Shown: positions 20,726 through 29,696 of the stretch, one piece after another
Numbering within the stretch: position 1 is the first letter of the stretch
How the letters are laid out: the number at the start of each line of letters is the position of its first letter
NCBI GenBank assembly: GCA_043803405.1
Contig: JAZDKB010000019.1
Span: forward strand, 224,001-288,000
DNA length: 64,000 nt
Direction: 5' to 3'
From: Spirochaetota bacterium
GTDB taxonomy: Bacteria; Spirochaetota; UBA4802; JAFGDQ01
Notes under the pieces: model-generated
The model's input: the letters and a program-made list of their open reading frames with translations, nothing else
Told to the model about the DNA's origin: nothing
Database searches by the model: none
Translations under genes and position numbers: made by a program

Positions 20726-21476
20726 GACAGACCCCCATTGAATTTTTTTCAGCAATCAGCCAATAATATCCAATCCTGGCTTTTATAATTGTATCCCATA
20801 TAAACAGCCGGTTTTCTTCAGTACATGATATTAAGTTCCAGTACGGTTTTATTGAGCCGCAGTCCATTATCAAGCGTGCAGTAAAATCTTTTAATAAAAC
20901 CGACTGATCTTCCATCTTTAGTATGATAAAACCATTATCCCTAAGTTTTTGCTTCAGTTCATTAAAAGTCAGTGCGCCTGAAATACATCCGGAGCATTTA
21001 ATCCTGCGAAGTGCTGCAGCGCCTTCCTGATTGCGGATATAGACATCGGATATGCAAAGTTTTCCTTTTGGTATAAGTATCCTGTTTATTTCTGCGAGTG
21101 TCCTGTCTGAATATTGCATCACCGATAAACTGCATTCAGATATTACTCCGTCAGCCGTTTCTGCAGCAAAAGGTAATAGTTCGCTTTCTGCCTGAATCAG
21201 GTTCAGGTTCTGCAATCGTTCTTTCCCCTGACCAAGAAGAACAGCCGAAAGGTCGATTCCTGCCGTTTGTAATCTATACTGGTCCCGAAGGTATTCAACC
21301 GTCATTCCATTACCGCACCCGATGTCTATCACTATCGATCCTTCATTAAAAGCACAGGCATCTGCAAAACGCTTTGTCAATGAAAGCCCGCCTATACGAA
21401 ACAGACCGTCAGTCATTTTTGCAGGAAAACCGCTTTCGTAAATTTCAGTGCAATATAAAGAATTAATATTATTCAT
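20718..21476 (-). CDS. Class I SAM-dependent methyltransferase (DVU_1556-like)
   Basis: VIDIGCGNG motif I, GIDLS, LPF, SECSLS, RILIPKG; CSGC motif. Confidence 0.88.
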   Translation of the reverse strand: MNNINSLYCTEIYESGFPAKMTDGLFRIGGLSLTKRFADACAFNEGSIVIDIGCGNGMTVEYLRDQYRLQTAGIDLSAVLLGQGKERLQNLNLIQAESELLPFAAETADGVISECSLSVMQYSDRTLAEINRILIPKGKLCISDVYIRNQEGAAALRRIKCSGCISGALTFNELKQKLRDNGFIILKMEDQSVLLKDFTARLIMDCGSIKPYWNLISCTEENRLFIWDTIIKARIGYYWLIAEKNSMGVCHE

Positions 21477-21683
21477 TTATTTATCTTCCAGCATCTTTTC
21501 AACCTGCTGCATTTTGCCTGTTGCAAGGCTTTCCGGTATAAAAACAAGGCCGCATTGAGAACATTTGTAAAGCTCAACCGGAAAACTGTTCTCCAGATAT
21601 TCCAGTGTTACGTTGCCAGGCGTAAGGTTTATACCGCATTTTGAACAAAGTATATTTACTTGCATTGTTGTCTCTTCGCTCAT
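21477..21683 (-). CDS. Small CXXC/CXXC protein (DVU_1557-like)
   Basis: CSKC...CSQC, C-terminal EKMLEDK; tightly packed in the operon. Confidence 0.8.
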   Translation of the reverse strand: MSEETTMQVNILCSKCGINLTPGNVTLEYLENSFPVELYKCSQCGLVFIPESLATGKMQQVEKMLEDK

Positions 21684-21697
21684 ATATTTCTCTGCTG

Positions 21698-24040
21698 TTA
21701 TTTAATCTGCAATCTGTGACAGTAACTATTATGGATAAGGAATTCACTGCCGTGCGGGGAATATTCCACCCAGTACGTAACATTAGCCGGTTTATAATAT
21801 GCAATATAATGGCCATTATCGCCATTCTGTAATTTGCTGCCTGTGCTTTCCGCATAAGCAATAACCTGTATGATATCGGTATCAAGTATCATCCTGTCCT
21901 CGATGATTTGTCTTACGTTTTCCGGAATAATCAATTTTACTTCAGCCTGATGTTCCTCCATAGTTTCGCCCCAAATCTCCTTCAATAATGATCTCTTTAG
22001 TCTTGCTCTGTTTTCCTGACGCTGCGAGTATCCCGGTCCTTTTTTATCTGCTAAATGCTGTTTGTCATTTCCATAGATCAGATCCAGCAGATGGTAGGCG
22101 CGTTTACCCAGAGATGCGAAGTTGTCCCTGCACATAGCGCAATAAGTCAGATAATCAGCCGGGCTTTCTTTGATTCGCCTATCTATCTCTTTATGTGCTA
22201 CTTCCCTGTTGGCAAAAATCATCAGGCCGCCGTAACCGCAGCATATAGTTTTTTCGCGCGTGCGGGGAAGCTCTTCAATTTTGTGGCCAAGCCTTGTCAG
22301 AATATTCCGGATGCTGTTATGCAACTCTGTTTCATATCTTGTTGCGCAGCTGTCATGAACAGCAAGTGTCTGTTGAGGTATACCGGAACCGGCATTATCC
22401 GGCAAACCGGTCCGCTCAAGCAATGTCCATATCATTTCAGTTTTAGCCTCAGACATATAGCGGTTAAAAACGCGGAAGCAGCTCGGACAGGCTGTAATTA
22501 TTTTAGGGCTGCCTAAATCCCGCCAGTTTTGCGTGATGGTCTGCATTGTTGTCTCAGTTAACTCTTCCTGACCTGCCCAGTCAGCAGGCGCTCCGCAGCA
22601 TCCCAGCATAAGGCCTACACCGCCGTCTGTTTTTTTACAGAGAAATTCATATATCAGTTTTACGTATTGCGGTGCAGAGGCTGCCAGCTGGCATCCCGGG
22701 AAGAACACAATATTGCTGACTTTATGTTCAGGCTGATGCCTGCTCAGCATGAACTGATCGCTGTTGCTGAAGCGCATATCGCGCAGGGCGAACTCATGTA
22801 CGGAGGGCGGCATCTTTCCATTTTTTACCATAGTCTGCCGTGCTTCAATACATACTTCCGCCATATCTAATTCATTTGGACAAAGCTCTCCGCACAGGCC
22901 GCATAAACTGCATGAGTTTATCATTTGATTTGAATGACGCATTCCCATTACAATCGACAGGTTGTTGTATATTTCGCGCACATACCGTTTGGGATAAGAA
23001 CCATAATGCGCCAGATATTCACATTTTTTTACGCACTCAAGGCATTCGCAGAGCAGGCATCGTCCGGCTTCTTTACATGCCTCGTCTTCCGTGTAGCCTT
23101 TTGCCGGATCGGAAACAGGTGTAGCGGGCTGTACAGGAATTCCATTTGTATTTGTGTAAAGAGAAGTTGTGAACGGTCCTTCTTTTTCTCTGCTGGCGGA
23201 TATTGATACACTCTGACACAAGCGGTCAATCGATATAGCAGCAATCCTGCCGTCTGAGATTGAAGCGATCGGTGAACGGTGTTCTGCTCCCATACGAAAA
23301 CTTCCGCCTGCAAACACCTTCGGATGACTTGTAGCCAATGTCAAAGGATCGATGGCTATATTTCCGTTAGCATCGAAGATTAATCCAAAATCCTTCGGGT
23401 CTGCATCCCTGCAACCGACTCCAAGATAAACAGCATTATATTCTGCACAGAGTCGATCAAGTGAGAATGCTGCACCGGAGCGATTGCTGATTGTAGCATT
23501 AAATTTAAACTCAACCGGCAGATCGCTAAAGACAGCGAAATCTTTTTCTATTAAATCCTTTGGCAGTTTGCTTTGAGGAATATCCAGAATACTGCCACCC
23601 GGACGGTTATTCGCTTCAAAGACAGTTGTTTTATAGCCTTTCCGTGCGAGATCAAAAGCAGCAGTTAAACCGCTTAGTCCGGCTCCTATAATTGCAATTT
23701 TTTTATCTTTAAGCTGCGGTATCACGCCCGGAGATGCGGGTTTGTTGTTATTATCTGTGCAAAATCTTTCCAAAGCATGAATAGAAACAGGCTCATCGAT
23801 TTCTATCCGTTTGCATACCTGCTGGCAGGGATGATCGCAGATGCGGCTGATAATCCCGGGGAATGGCACCTTTTTATTAAATAAAACAAATCCGGCAGAA
23901 TAATCGTTCTTCCTTAGGGCGGCTATCATGCCCCTTACATCTACATGCACCGGGCACCCTGCTGTGCAACCAGGCGGATTCTCCTGTATGCACATGGCTT
24001 CCCTTTCATGTAATATTTTTTGTTCCATATCTTTAGACAA
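21698..24040 (-). CDS. FAD/Fe-S oxidoreductase: GltD-like N-terminus, 4Fe-4S dicluster and CCG domains
   Basis: CTAGCP, RICDHPCQQVC, IIGAGLSG, CLLCECLECVKKC, CSLCGLCGELCP, GCCG...ACPSC and CCG...YCAMC. Confidence 0.85.
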   Translation of the reverse strand: MSKDMEQKILHEREAMCIQENPPGCTAGCPVHVDVRGMIAALRKNDYSAGFVLFNKKVPFPGIISRICDHPCQQVCKRIEIDEPVSIHALERFCTDNNNKPASPGVIPQLKDKKIAIIGAGLSGLTAAFDLARKGYKTTVFEANNRPGGSILDIPQSKLPKDLIEKDFAVFSDLPVEFKFNATISNRSGAAFSLDRLCAEYNAVYLGVGCRDADPKDFGLIFDANGNIAIDPLTLATSHPKVFAGGSFRMGAEHRSPIASISDGRIAAISIDRLCQSVSISASREKEGPFTTSLYTNTNGIPVQPATPVSDPAKGYTEDEACKEAGRCLLCECLECVKKCEYLAHYGSYPKRYVREIYNNLSIVMGMRHSNQMINSCSLCGLCGELCPNELDMAEVCIEARQTMVKNGKMPPSVHEFALRDMRFSNSDQFMLSRHQPEHKVSNIVFFPGCQLAASAPQYVKLIYEFLCKKTDGGVGLMLGCCGAPADWAGQEELTETTMQTITQNWRDLGSPKIITACPSCFRVFNRYMSEAKTEMIWTLLERTGLPDNAGSGIPQQTLAVHDSCATRYETELHNSIRNILTRLGHKIEELPRTREKTICCGYGGLMIFANREVAHKEIDRRIKESPADYLTYCAMCRDNFASLGKRAYHLLDLIYGNDKQHLADKKGPGYSQRQENRARLKRSLLKEIWGETMEEHQAEVKLIIPENVRQIIEDRMILDTDIIQVIAYAESTGSKLQNGDNGHYIAYYKPANVTYWVEYSPHGSEFLIHNSYCHRLQIK

Positions 24041-24150
24041 TTATTTTTAAACATCAGGATTTCATTAAAGCAACCTGTAATTAACAGAAAGCCGGCTAAA
24101 TTGCCGGCTCTCAAGTACATTCCATGTAAATTATTTATCCATGGCTGTAA

Positions 24151-26877
24151 CTATTTTTTTTTGCCCAGAGCGCTTTTTATCTTTTCAGGCAATGCCGGCA
24201 CTGCATATATCCTTGCTCCGCATGCATTATAAATAGCATTAAGAATAGCAGGATGCGGGGCAGTCAGCGGTGCTTCTCCTACGCCTGCAGCGCCGTGAGG
24301 GCCAAGAGGCCGCGGAGTTACATTATAAATAATCTCAATATCATCCGGTATATCCTGAATAAACGGCAGGCCGCATGCTACCAGATTAGTATGTTTTTTC
24401 AGATCTTCGAAATCTTCAGTCAGCGCAAGGCCGATACCCTGTGCAAGACCACCGTAAATCTGTCCGTCTGTAACAGACCGATTGGTGATCGTGCCTATAT
24501 CGGCGATTGTGGTAAATTTTACGACCTTTGCCTTTCCGGTATTAATGTCTACTTCTACTTCAGGCATAAATAGTTCATACATATATATAGGGAATGGATT
24601 GCCCTTGCCTGTAACAGGGTCGCATGCAGAACAGTCGGATGCAGTCCATGCTCCATCATAGTGCAATGGAATTTTTTCAGCAACCATTTCATCGAATGTA
24701 CGGTATTTGCCGTCTTTTTTCTTCATGGCATTCATAAGCATTTCGCAGGCTACCCTGATTGAATTTCCGGTAAAAGTGTTATTGCGGCTTCCGCCCGAAG
24801 GACCGCTGTTTGGGGTCAGGGCAGTATCATTCATGAGAAGTTTTATCTGTTCGGGTTTGATGCCCATAGGACGGAGAGTTTCATGAGCATGAGCTAATGC
24901 TCCCATATCCGCTCCCTGGCCGTGATCTTCCCATGAGGTCGCGACTGTTACGCCGTCTTTTGTAAGCTCAACCCATGCCTGTGAACTGTCCGGGCCGTCA
25001 AGACCGCATCCGTAAATTCCGAGTGAAAAACCGACCCCACGTTTCCTGTCAGCTGTGGAAAGTTCCTTGCACCGTTTCTTGGCTTGTTCCCATAGCGGGC
25101 GCATCTTTTTAAACATTTCCTCCAGACAGAATACATCAGGTGTCTGCTGTGTCGGAGTTGTTGCGCCCTGCCTGTAAATATTCTTAAACCTGAATTCAAA
25201 CGGATCCATGCCGAGTTTTTCAGCCAGTTCATCCATTGCAATCTCGGACGCCAGGAAGGATTGCGGCGAGCCATAAGCCCTGAACGCAGATCCCCACGCG
25301 TGGTTTGTGCATACAGTACGGCCTTTTCCGCGTATGTTTGCAATATCGTAACCTGCGCCTATATATTGAGCCTGTCTGACAGTGAGTAAGTCCCCGAACT
25401 CCGAGTACGGGCCGTGATCTATAAACCAGTCGCTTTCCATGGCAATCAATTTGCCGCTCTTGTCTGCAGCCATTTTGCATTTGACGAATCCCGGCGAACG
25501 TTTCCCGGTATAAGTGATCTGCTGGTACATGTCAAAAGCAAGCGAAACCGGTTTGCCTGTGGCCATGCATGCAACGCCAAGCAGGGCTTCTATTGTAGGG
25601 CTGAACTTATAACCGAATGTTCCGCCTGCGGGATTCTGCACAATGCGGAGTTTCTCGGGTTCAATGCCGAGGCCGGGGCAAATCATGCCATGATGCAGAT
25701 GTATCCCTATGCTTTTTGAATGGATTGTAAGCCGGCCTTCGTCATCAAAATATGCGTTTCCGCAATCCGGCTCAAGAACGAGATGCGGCTGCCTGCTGCA
25801 GTATGTATTGACTTCAACAGTAACAACATCAGGGTTGCTCATGATCGGGTTGGTTTCCCCGCCCTTAACAACGCCCTGTTCATAATAAATGTTTGGGGTT
25901 CCGGGATGTATTTCGATCGCATCATCAGCCATTGCTGCTGGGGCGCTCATATAAGCCGGGAGAATTTCCAGGGCTACCTTTACTTTTTTTGCAGCAGCCT
26001 TCGCATGCTCAACCGTATCTGCACAGACTATAGCTATCGCATCGCCAAACTGAAAAACTTTTGTATCGCACAGAATCGGCCGGTCCCATCCGTCGCCTTT
26101 GTTTGTGGGGAAGGTGATGAGGCCGGTTATACGGTTCTTTCCTTTTACATCCTTGTGCGTTACTACTTTGTAAACTCCCGGCATCTTCTCGGCTTCTGAT
26201 ATATCTATATTTTTAATATTTGCGTGGGAAACTTCAGCCTGTACCAGTGCCAGTCTTAGCGTATCATGAGGCATTTGCAGCGCTACATCCGCGCCGTAAT
26301 CCCATGTGCCTGTAACCTTTTGCAAAGCAGAAGGACGGGGATAAGTTGTCCCATATATTTTATTGTCCTTTGGTTTAAATATTAAGTCTTCTTTTTTCAT
26401 TTCGCCGCGCATTACTTTTGCGGCATCCATTACAGCATCTACTATCGGTTTATATCCTGTGCAGCGGCATGCATTGCGGTGCTTCTGGAACCAGTCGCGG
26501 ACATCCTCTCTTGCAGGTTTTTTATTTTTATCCAGCAGGCACTTGCTGGACATAATAAAGCCGGTTGTGCAGAAACCGCACTGTGCCGCCCCGTGAGCCA
26601 TCCATGCAGCCTGAATCGGATGAAGATTGTCCGGAGTGCCAATTCCTTCAATTGTGAATATTTTGGCATAGTTTTCAACTTTTTTCATTTTAACAATACA
26701 TGACCGCACTAATTCACCATCCATTATAATTGAACAGGACCCGCATTGTCCCTGGTCACAGCTGACTTTACATCCGGTCAGCAGGAGTTGTTCCCTAAGA
26801 ACGCTTGCAAGACTCGCTTCAGGATCAACAATCATAGTCCTGGGCAGTCCGTTAATGTTTAAGATTTTCTTTTGCAT
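24151..26877 (-). CDS. mop: Molybdopterin-dependent aldehyde oxidoreductase (xanthine oxidase family, Desulfovibrio Mop-type, single chain without FAD domain)
   Basis: CDQGQCGSC and QCGFC...CRCTGY 2Fe-2S motifs; GGTFGYK, AFRAYGSPQ, HGQG, SGGSR, GVGE Mo-site motifs; 908 aa. Confidence 0.93.
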   Translation of the reverse strand: MQKKILNINGLPRTMIVDPEASLASVLREQLLLTGCKVSCDQGQCGSCSIIMDGELVRSCIVKMKKVENYAKIFTIEGIGTPDNLHPIQAAWMAHGAAQCGFCTTGFIMSSKCLLDKNKKPAREDVRDWFQKHRNACRCTGYKPIVDAVMDAAKVMRGEMKKEDLIFKPKDNKIYGTTYPRPSALQKVTGTWDYGADVALQMPHDTLRLALVQAEVSHANIKNIDISEAEKMPGVYKVVTHKDVKGKNRITGLITFPTNKGDGWDRPILCDTKVFQFGDAIAIVCADTVEHAKAAAKKVKVALEILPAYMSAPAAMADDAIEIHPGTPNIYYEQGVVKGGETNPIMSNPDVVTVEVNTYCSRQPHLVLEPDCGNAYFDDEGRLTIHSKSIGIHLHHGMICPGLGIEPEKLRIVQNPAGGTFGYKFSPTIEALLGVACMATGKPVSLAFDMYQQITYTGKRSPGFVKCKMAADKSGKLIAMESDWFIDHGPYSEFGDLLTVRQAQYIGAGYDIANIRGKGRTVCTNHAWGSAFRAYGSPQSFLASEIAMDELAEKLGMDPFEFRFKNIYRQGATTPTQQTPDVFCLEEMFKKMRPLWEQAKKRCKELSTADRKRGVGFSLGIYGCGLDGPDSSQAWVELTKDGVTVATSWEDHGQGADMGALAHAHETLRPMGIKPEQIKLLMNDTALTPNSGPSGGSRNNTFTGNSIRVACEMLMNAMKKKDGKYRTFDEMVAEKIPLHYDGAWTASDCSACDPVTGKGNPFPIYMYELFMPEVEVDINTGKAKVVKFTTIADIGTITNRSVTDGQIYGGLAQGIGLALTEDFEDLKKHTNLVACGLPFIQDIPDDIEIIYNVTPRPLGPHGAAGVGEAPLTAPHPAILNAIYNACGARIYAVPALPEKIKSALGKKK

Positions 26878-27255
26878 TTTGAAATCCCCCCTTTTTATTT
26901 TTATTCAAATAATGGTGAATCTCTGGATGGTATTTTTCTAGCGAAGGTCCCGAAAACGAAGTTTAATAAAATACCGGGAAAATAATTTTTTAATAATAAT
27001 TATAATATATTTATACAGGACTCTTCATATTAAATCAAGTATAAAACAGGAATTAAATCTAACCGGTAATTAAAAAAAATAGTTGATTTTTAAAATTTTA
27101 ACAATAAATTCAAAATAATGCGAGATCACATGTTTTTCTTTTCTATATTATATTTATAATTTTGCATTTAGCGGATTGAAATAAACATATTTTAAATATT
27201 AAACTCTATGGACAGCTCTGTAATGAAATACAAATAAAAAAAGGCGGCCAAGAGT

Positions 27256-28152
27256 ATGTTAACATCAGAATATGCCAATAAGTCAGCCGATATAAAGGTC
27301 ATGAATAACTTTGACCGGCATATCGAATTATCAGACGGTCTTGAGACTGATTATGTAAGACTGTTATACTATGAGTTTGATCATTATTATAAAGACTTTT
27401 ATAAATCCTACGAATACTACAGGCTGTGCACAATACTGAACGGCAGCAAACATATAGAAGTAAACAACAAGGAAAACTTTATTTATAATAAAGACGAGTA
27501 TGTAGTACTCCCGCCTCAGTCTGCGGTATCAATGGAAATTTCAGATCCCACCAGATGCCTTGTATTTGAAATCAGTGACATACTTCTTGACAGGATACGC
27601 AATAAGACAAACATGAAGGAGGAATTCGAATGCGATCCGCTGGGAAGAGATGTTCATCCGCTTTTTAAAGGCAACTCCGAACTGATTAAATCCGATGTTG
27701 AGAAAATTACATCTGCTGCAGTAAAAAAAACCGGGGACAGGGAATTCCTTATTGACCTTTATGCCCAGGAAATGATTTATAAACTTTTAAGCCGGATGAG
27801 CAGCAGCCTTGTAATTGAGAAAAAGATCAACAGCCCCATTTATAAAGCTATTGACCTGATGAAGAACGGAAGTATGCGGGAACTGGATTTGTCGGGAATT
27901 GCTCATTCGATTAATATGTCGCCGGCTCTCTTCTCAATGAAATTTAAAAGGATCACAGGGACTACGCCTCACGATTATTATACTAACATCAAACTCAATG
28001 AAGCAAAAAAATTGCTTAGAAACAAGTCGGTAACCGAAACAGCATTTGATCTTGGATATGATAATATCTCCAACTTTATAAGGCTTTTTGCAGATAAATT
28101 CGGCATAACCCCCAAGCAATACCAGAAGCAGTTCTTTAATGAGTCAGATTAA
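27256..28152 (+). CDS. AraC-family transcriptional regulator, divergent from mop
   Basis: C-terminal double HTH (LSGIAHSINMS...SVTETAFDLGYDNISNFIRLF...GITPKQY), cupin-like N-terminus. Confidence 0.92.
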   Translation: MLTSEYANKSADIKVMNNFDRHIELSDGLETDYVRLLYYEFDHYYKDFYKSYEYYRLCTILNGSKHIEVNNKENFIYNKDEYVVLPPQSAVSMEISDPTRCLVFEISDILLDRIRNKTNMKEEFECDPLGRDVHPLFKGNSELIKSDVEKITSAAVKKTGDREFLIDLYAQEMIYKLLSRMSSSLVIEKKINSPIYKAIDLMKNGSMRELDLSGIAHSINMSPALFSMKFKRITGTTPHDYYTNIKLNEAKKLLRNKSVTETAFDLGYDNISNFIRLFADKFGITPKQYQKQFFNESD

Positions 28153-28159
28153 CTTTTAA

Positions 28160-28246
28160 TCAATTTAAGGTTTTTTTGATTTTTTTATAGAACGTAGTAA
28201 ACGGCCTCACAATTTTTTTACGCGGATAAATAGAAAAAGCTGCCAT
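28160..28246 (-). pseudogene. Possible N-terminal remnant of a tyrosine integrase
   Basis: AAGGAG RBS then MAAFSIYPRKK; a frameshift at the A7 run continues NCEAVYYVL*; adjacent to the tRNA-Asp 3' end and 11-bp tandem repeats. Confidence 0.35.
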
Positions 28247-28275
28247 TTCTCATTCTCCTTTGAGCAAAAAATCCA

Positions 28276-28297
28276 TGCTACATTTTTGCTACATTTT
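28276..28297. repeat. 11-bp perfect tandem repeat (TGCTACATTTT x2), integrase arm-site-like
   Basis: 28276-28286 identical to 28287-28297. Confidence 0.6.
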
Positions 28298-28363
28298 GGA
28301 ATTTTGAGAAACGCCAGCTTTCCGGTAGTTTCCTGAAACCCTGTATTTTATAAGGGTTTTCTT

Positions 28364-28438
28364 CGGGGTGTGCGAGACTTGAACTCGTGACCTCCTGCGT
28401 GACAGGCAGGCGCTCTAACCAAACTGAGCTAACACCCC
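28364..28438 (-). tRNA. tRNA-Asp (GTC)
   Basis: Cloverleaf GGGGTGT...ACACCCC-G, anticodon arm cctgc-ctGTCac-gcagg, TTCAA T-loop; no encoded CCA. Confidence 0.96.
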
Positions 28439-28679
28439 ATATTTTTGTGTTTGATATACTAATTTTTCGCAGATTTGTGTCAACTAAAAAACATGTATTT
28501 TTATTTTTAAAAAAATAGGACAATAATTTGTTGCAATTGGCAAATACAAAGCTTATTTTAAAAACAGAATATTATTACAATAAAAAATTTTTATTAATTC
28601 TATCAAGTTTGTAAAGCATTAACTGTTTTTGAGATATGTTGCAATAAATTTTCCAGTAATATGCTGTCAGAGAAATAAA

Positions 28680-29606
28680 ATGTCAAAGAAAATTGCCCAG
28701 GAAATTTTTGAGGAAATAAGGAAGAAGAATGAAAAGAGTGCAAGCGATTCCATTCCTCATTCTGATAACTTTTTGCGTTATTTAAATATCAGCATTGGCA
28801 TTGAACCTGATTTTGCAAAAAGGCTGGTCAAAGCGTTAATCAATTCACATAAAATATTCGCAATTGAGATAGCCGCTGAAGATAAGAAGAACGATATACC
28901 TCGTATTGAAGGTTATGTAGAGTGCGATCTTAAAACGATAAAACGCCTTAAAATATTTTTTCAGGATGATCTAATAAGGCAGTATGAATCCGAGCATTAC
29001 AACAGGCTCAGCTATCATCAATTAATCAAAGAGATTATGCCAATAATAAACACATTAAACAATACTCCTATGGGCCATGCTGCAAATAAAGCTATAATGA
29101 TGGGCGAACTGGAAAGATTGATGGAGAAAAATTTTGAGGAATATACCGAGAAATGGAAAGAATCGAACCTGGATATTGAGATCAACAAAGCTGTTGCAGG
29201 TAATGTAAGTGACAAACCGAAAAAAGAAAGAAAACAGGATGACAATGAAGATATTGCAGAAAACGAATCAGCTGGGGTTAAAAAAGCGGCAGGCATAAAA
29301 AATTATGCCGATGTCGTTTCAAAGAGCAAGAATTATCCCCTGGACAGAATATTGAAAATATACGGAATTGATTTCTTTTTAAGGGCTCAAATACGCCGTC
29401 ATCAATTTTCTTATTTAACTAAATTAGTTGAAAGCGGAAAGCTGTTAAAAAGTTCCGATCTTTTTTTATTAAAAGATTTACTTTTTGAAGTAAAGAAAGA
29501 TATAAATTCTGATCCTCAGCTTGCGGAGTTTCGCGAAGATGTTCACGGTCTTGAAAGGTCGATAACTCACAGGCTTTATTTCGGGCATAATTATGAGGCG
29601 CAATAG
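28680..29606 (+). CDS. Hypothetical soluble protein
   Basis: Long ORF with protein-like composition followed by a terminator; ATG at 28680 preferred; no motif recognised. Confidence 0.7.
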   Translation: MSKKIAQEIFEEIRKKNEKSASDSIPHSDNFLRYLNISIGIEPDFAKRLVKALINSHKIFAIEIAAEDKKNDIPRIEGYVECDLKTIKRLKIFFQDDLIRQYESEHYNRLSYHQLIKEIMPIINTLNNTPMGHAANKAIMMGELERLMEKNFEEYTEKWKESNLDIEINKAVAGNVSDKPKKERKQDDNEDIAENESAGVKKAAGIKNYADVVSKSKNYPLDRILKIYGIDFFLRAQIRRHQFSYLTKLVESGKLLKSSDLFLLKDLLFEVKKDINSDPQLAEFREDVHGLERSITHRLYFGHNYEAQ

Positions 29607-29644
29607 TGTGTATTGAGACAGTGAAATAGATATAGCCGTAATAA

Positions 29645-29675
29645 AAAAATCCCGCGGAAGAGCCGCGGGATTTTT
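29645..29675. terminator. Bidirectional intrinsic terminator
   Basis: aaaaatcccgcgg-aagag-ccgcgggattttt between convergent genes. Confidence 0.85.
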
Positions 29676-29696
29676 GCATTTCATCTGTGAACCGTA

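Noticed and set aside
14632..26877. Selenocysteine recoding in the mop accessory genes
   Set aside because: All ORFs appear full length with Cys motifs intact; no in-frame TGA interrupting a conserved domain was seen
28278..28523. 81-aa ORF over tRNA-Asp (and the 60270-60452 ORF over tRNA-Pro/Arg)
   Set aside because: Translations of tRNA sequence
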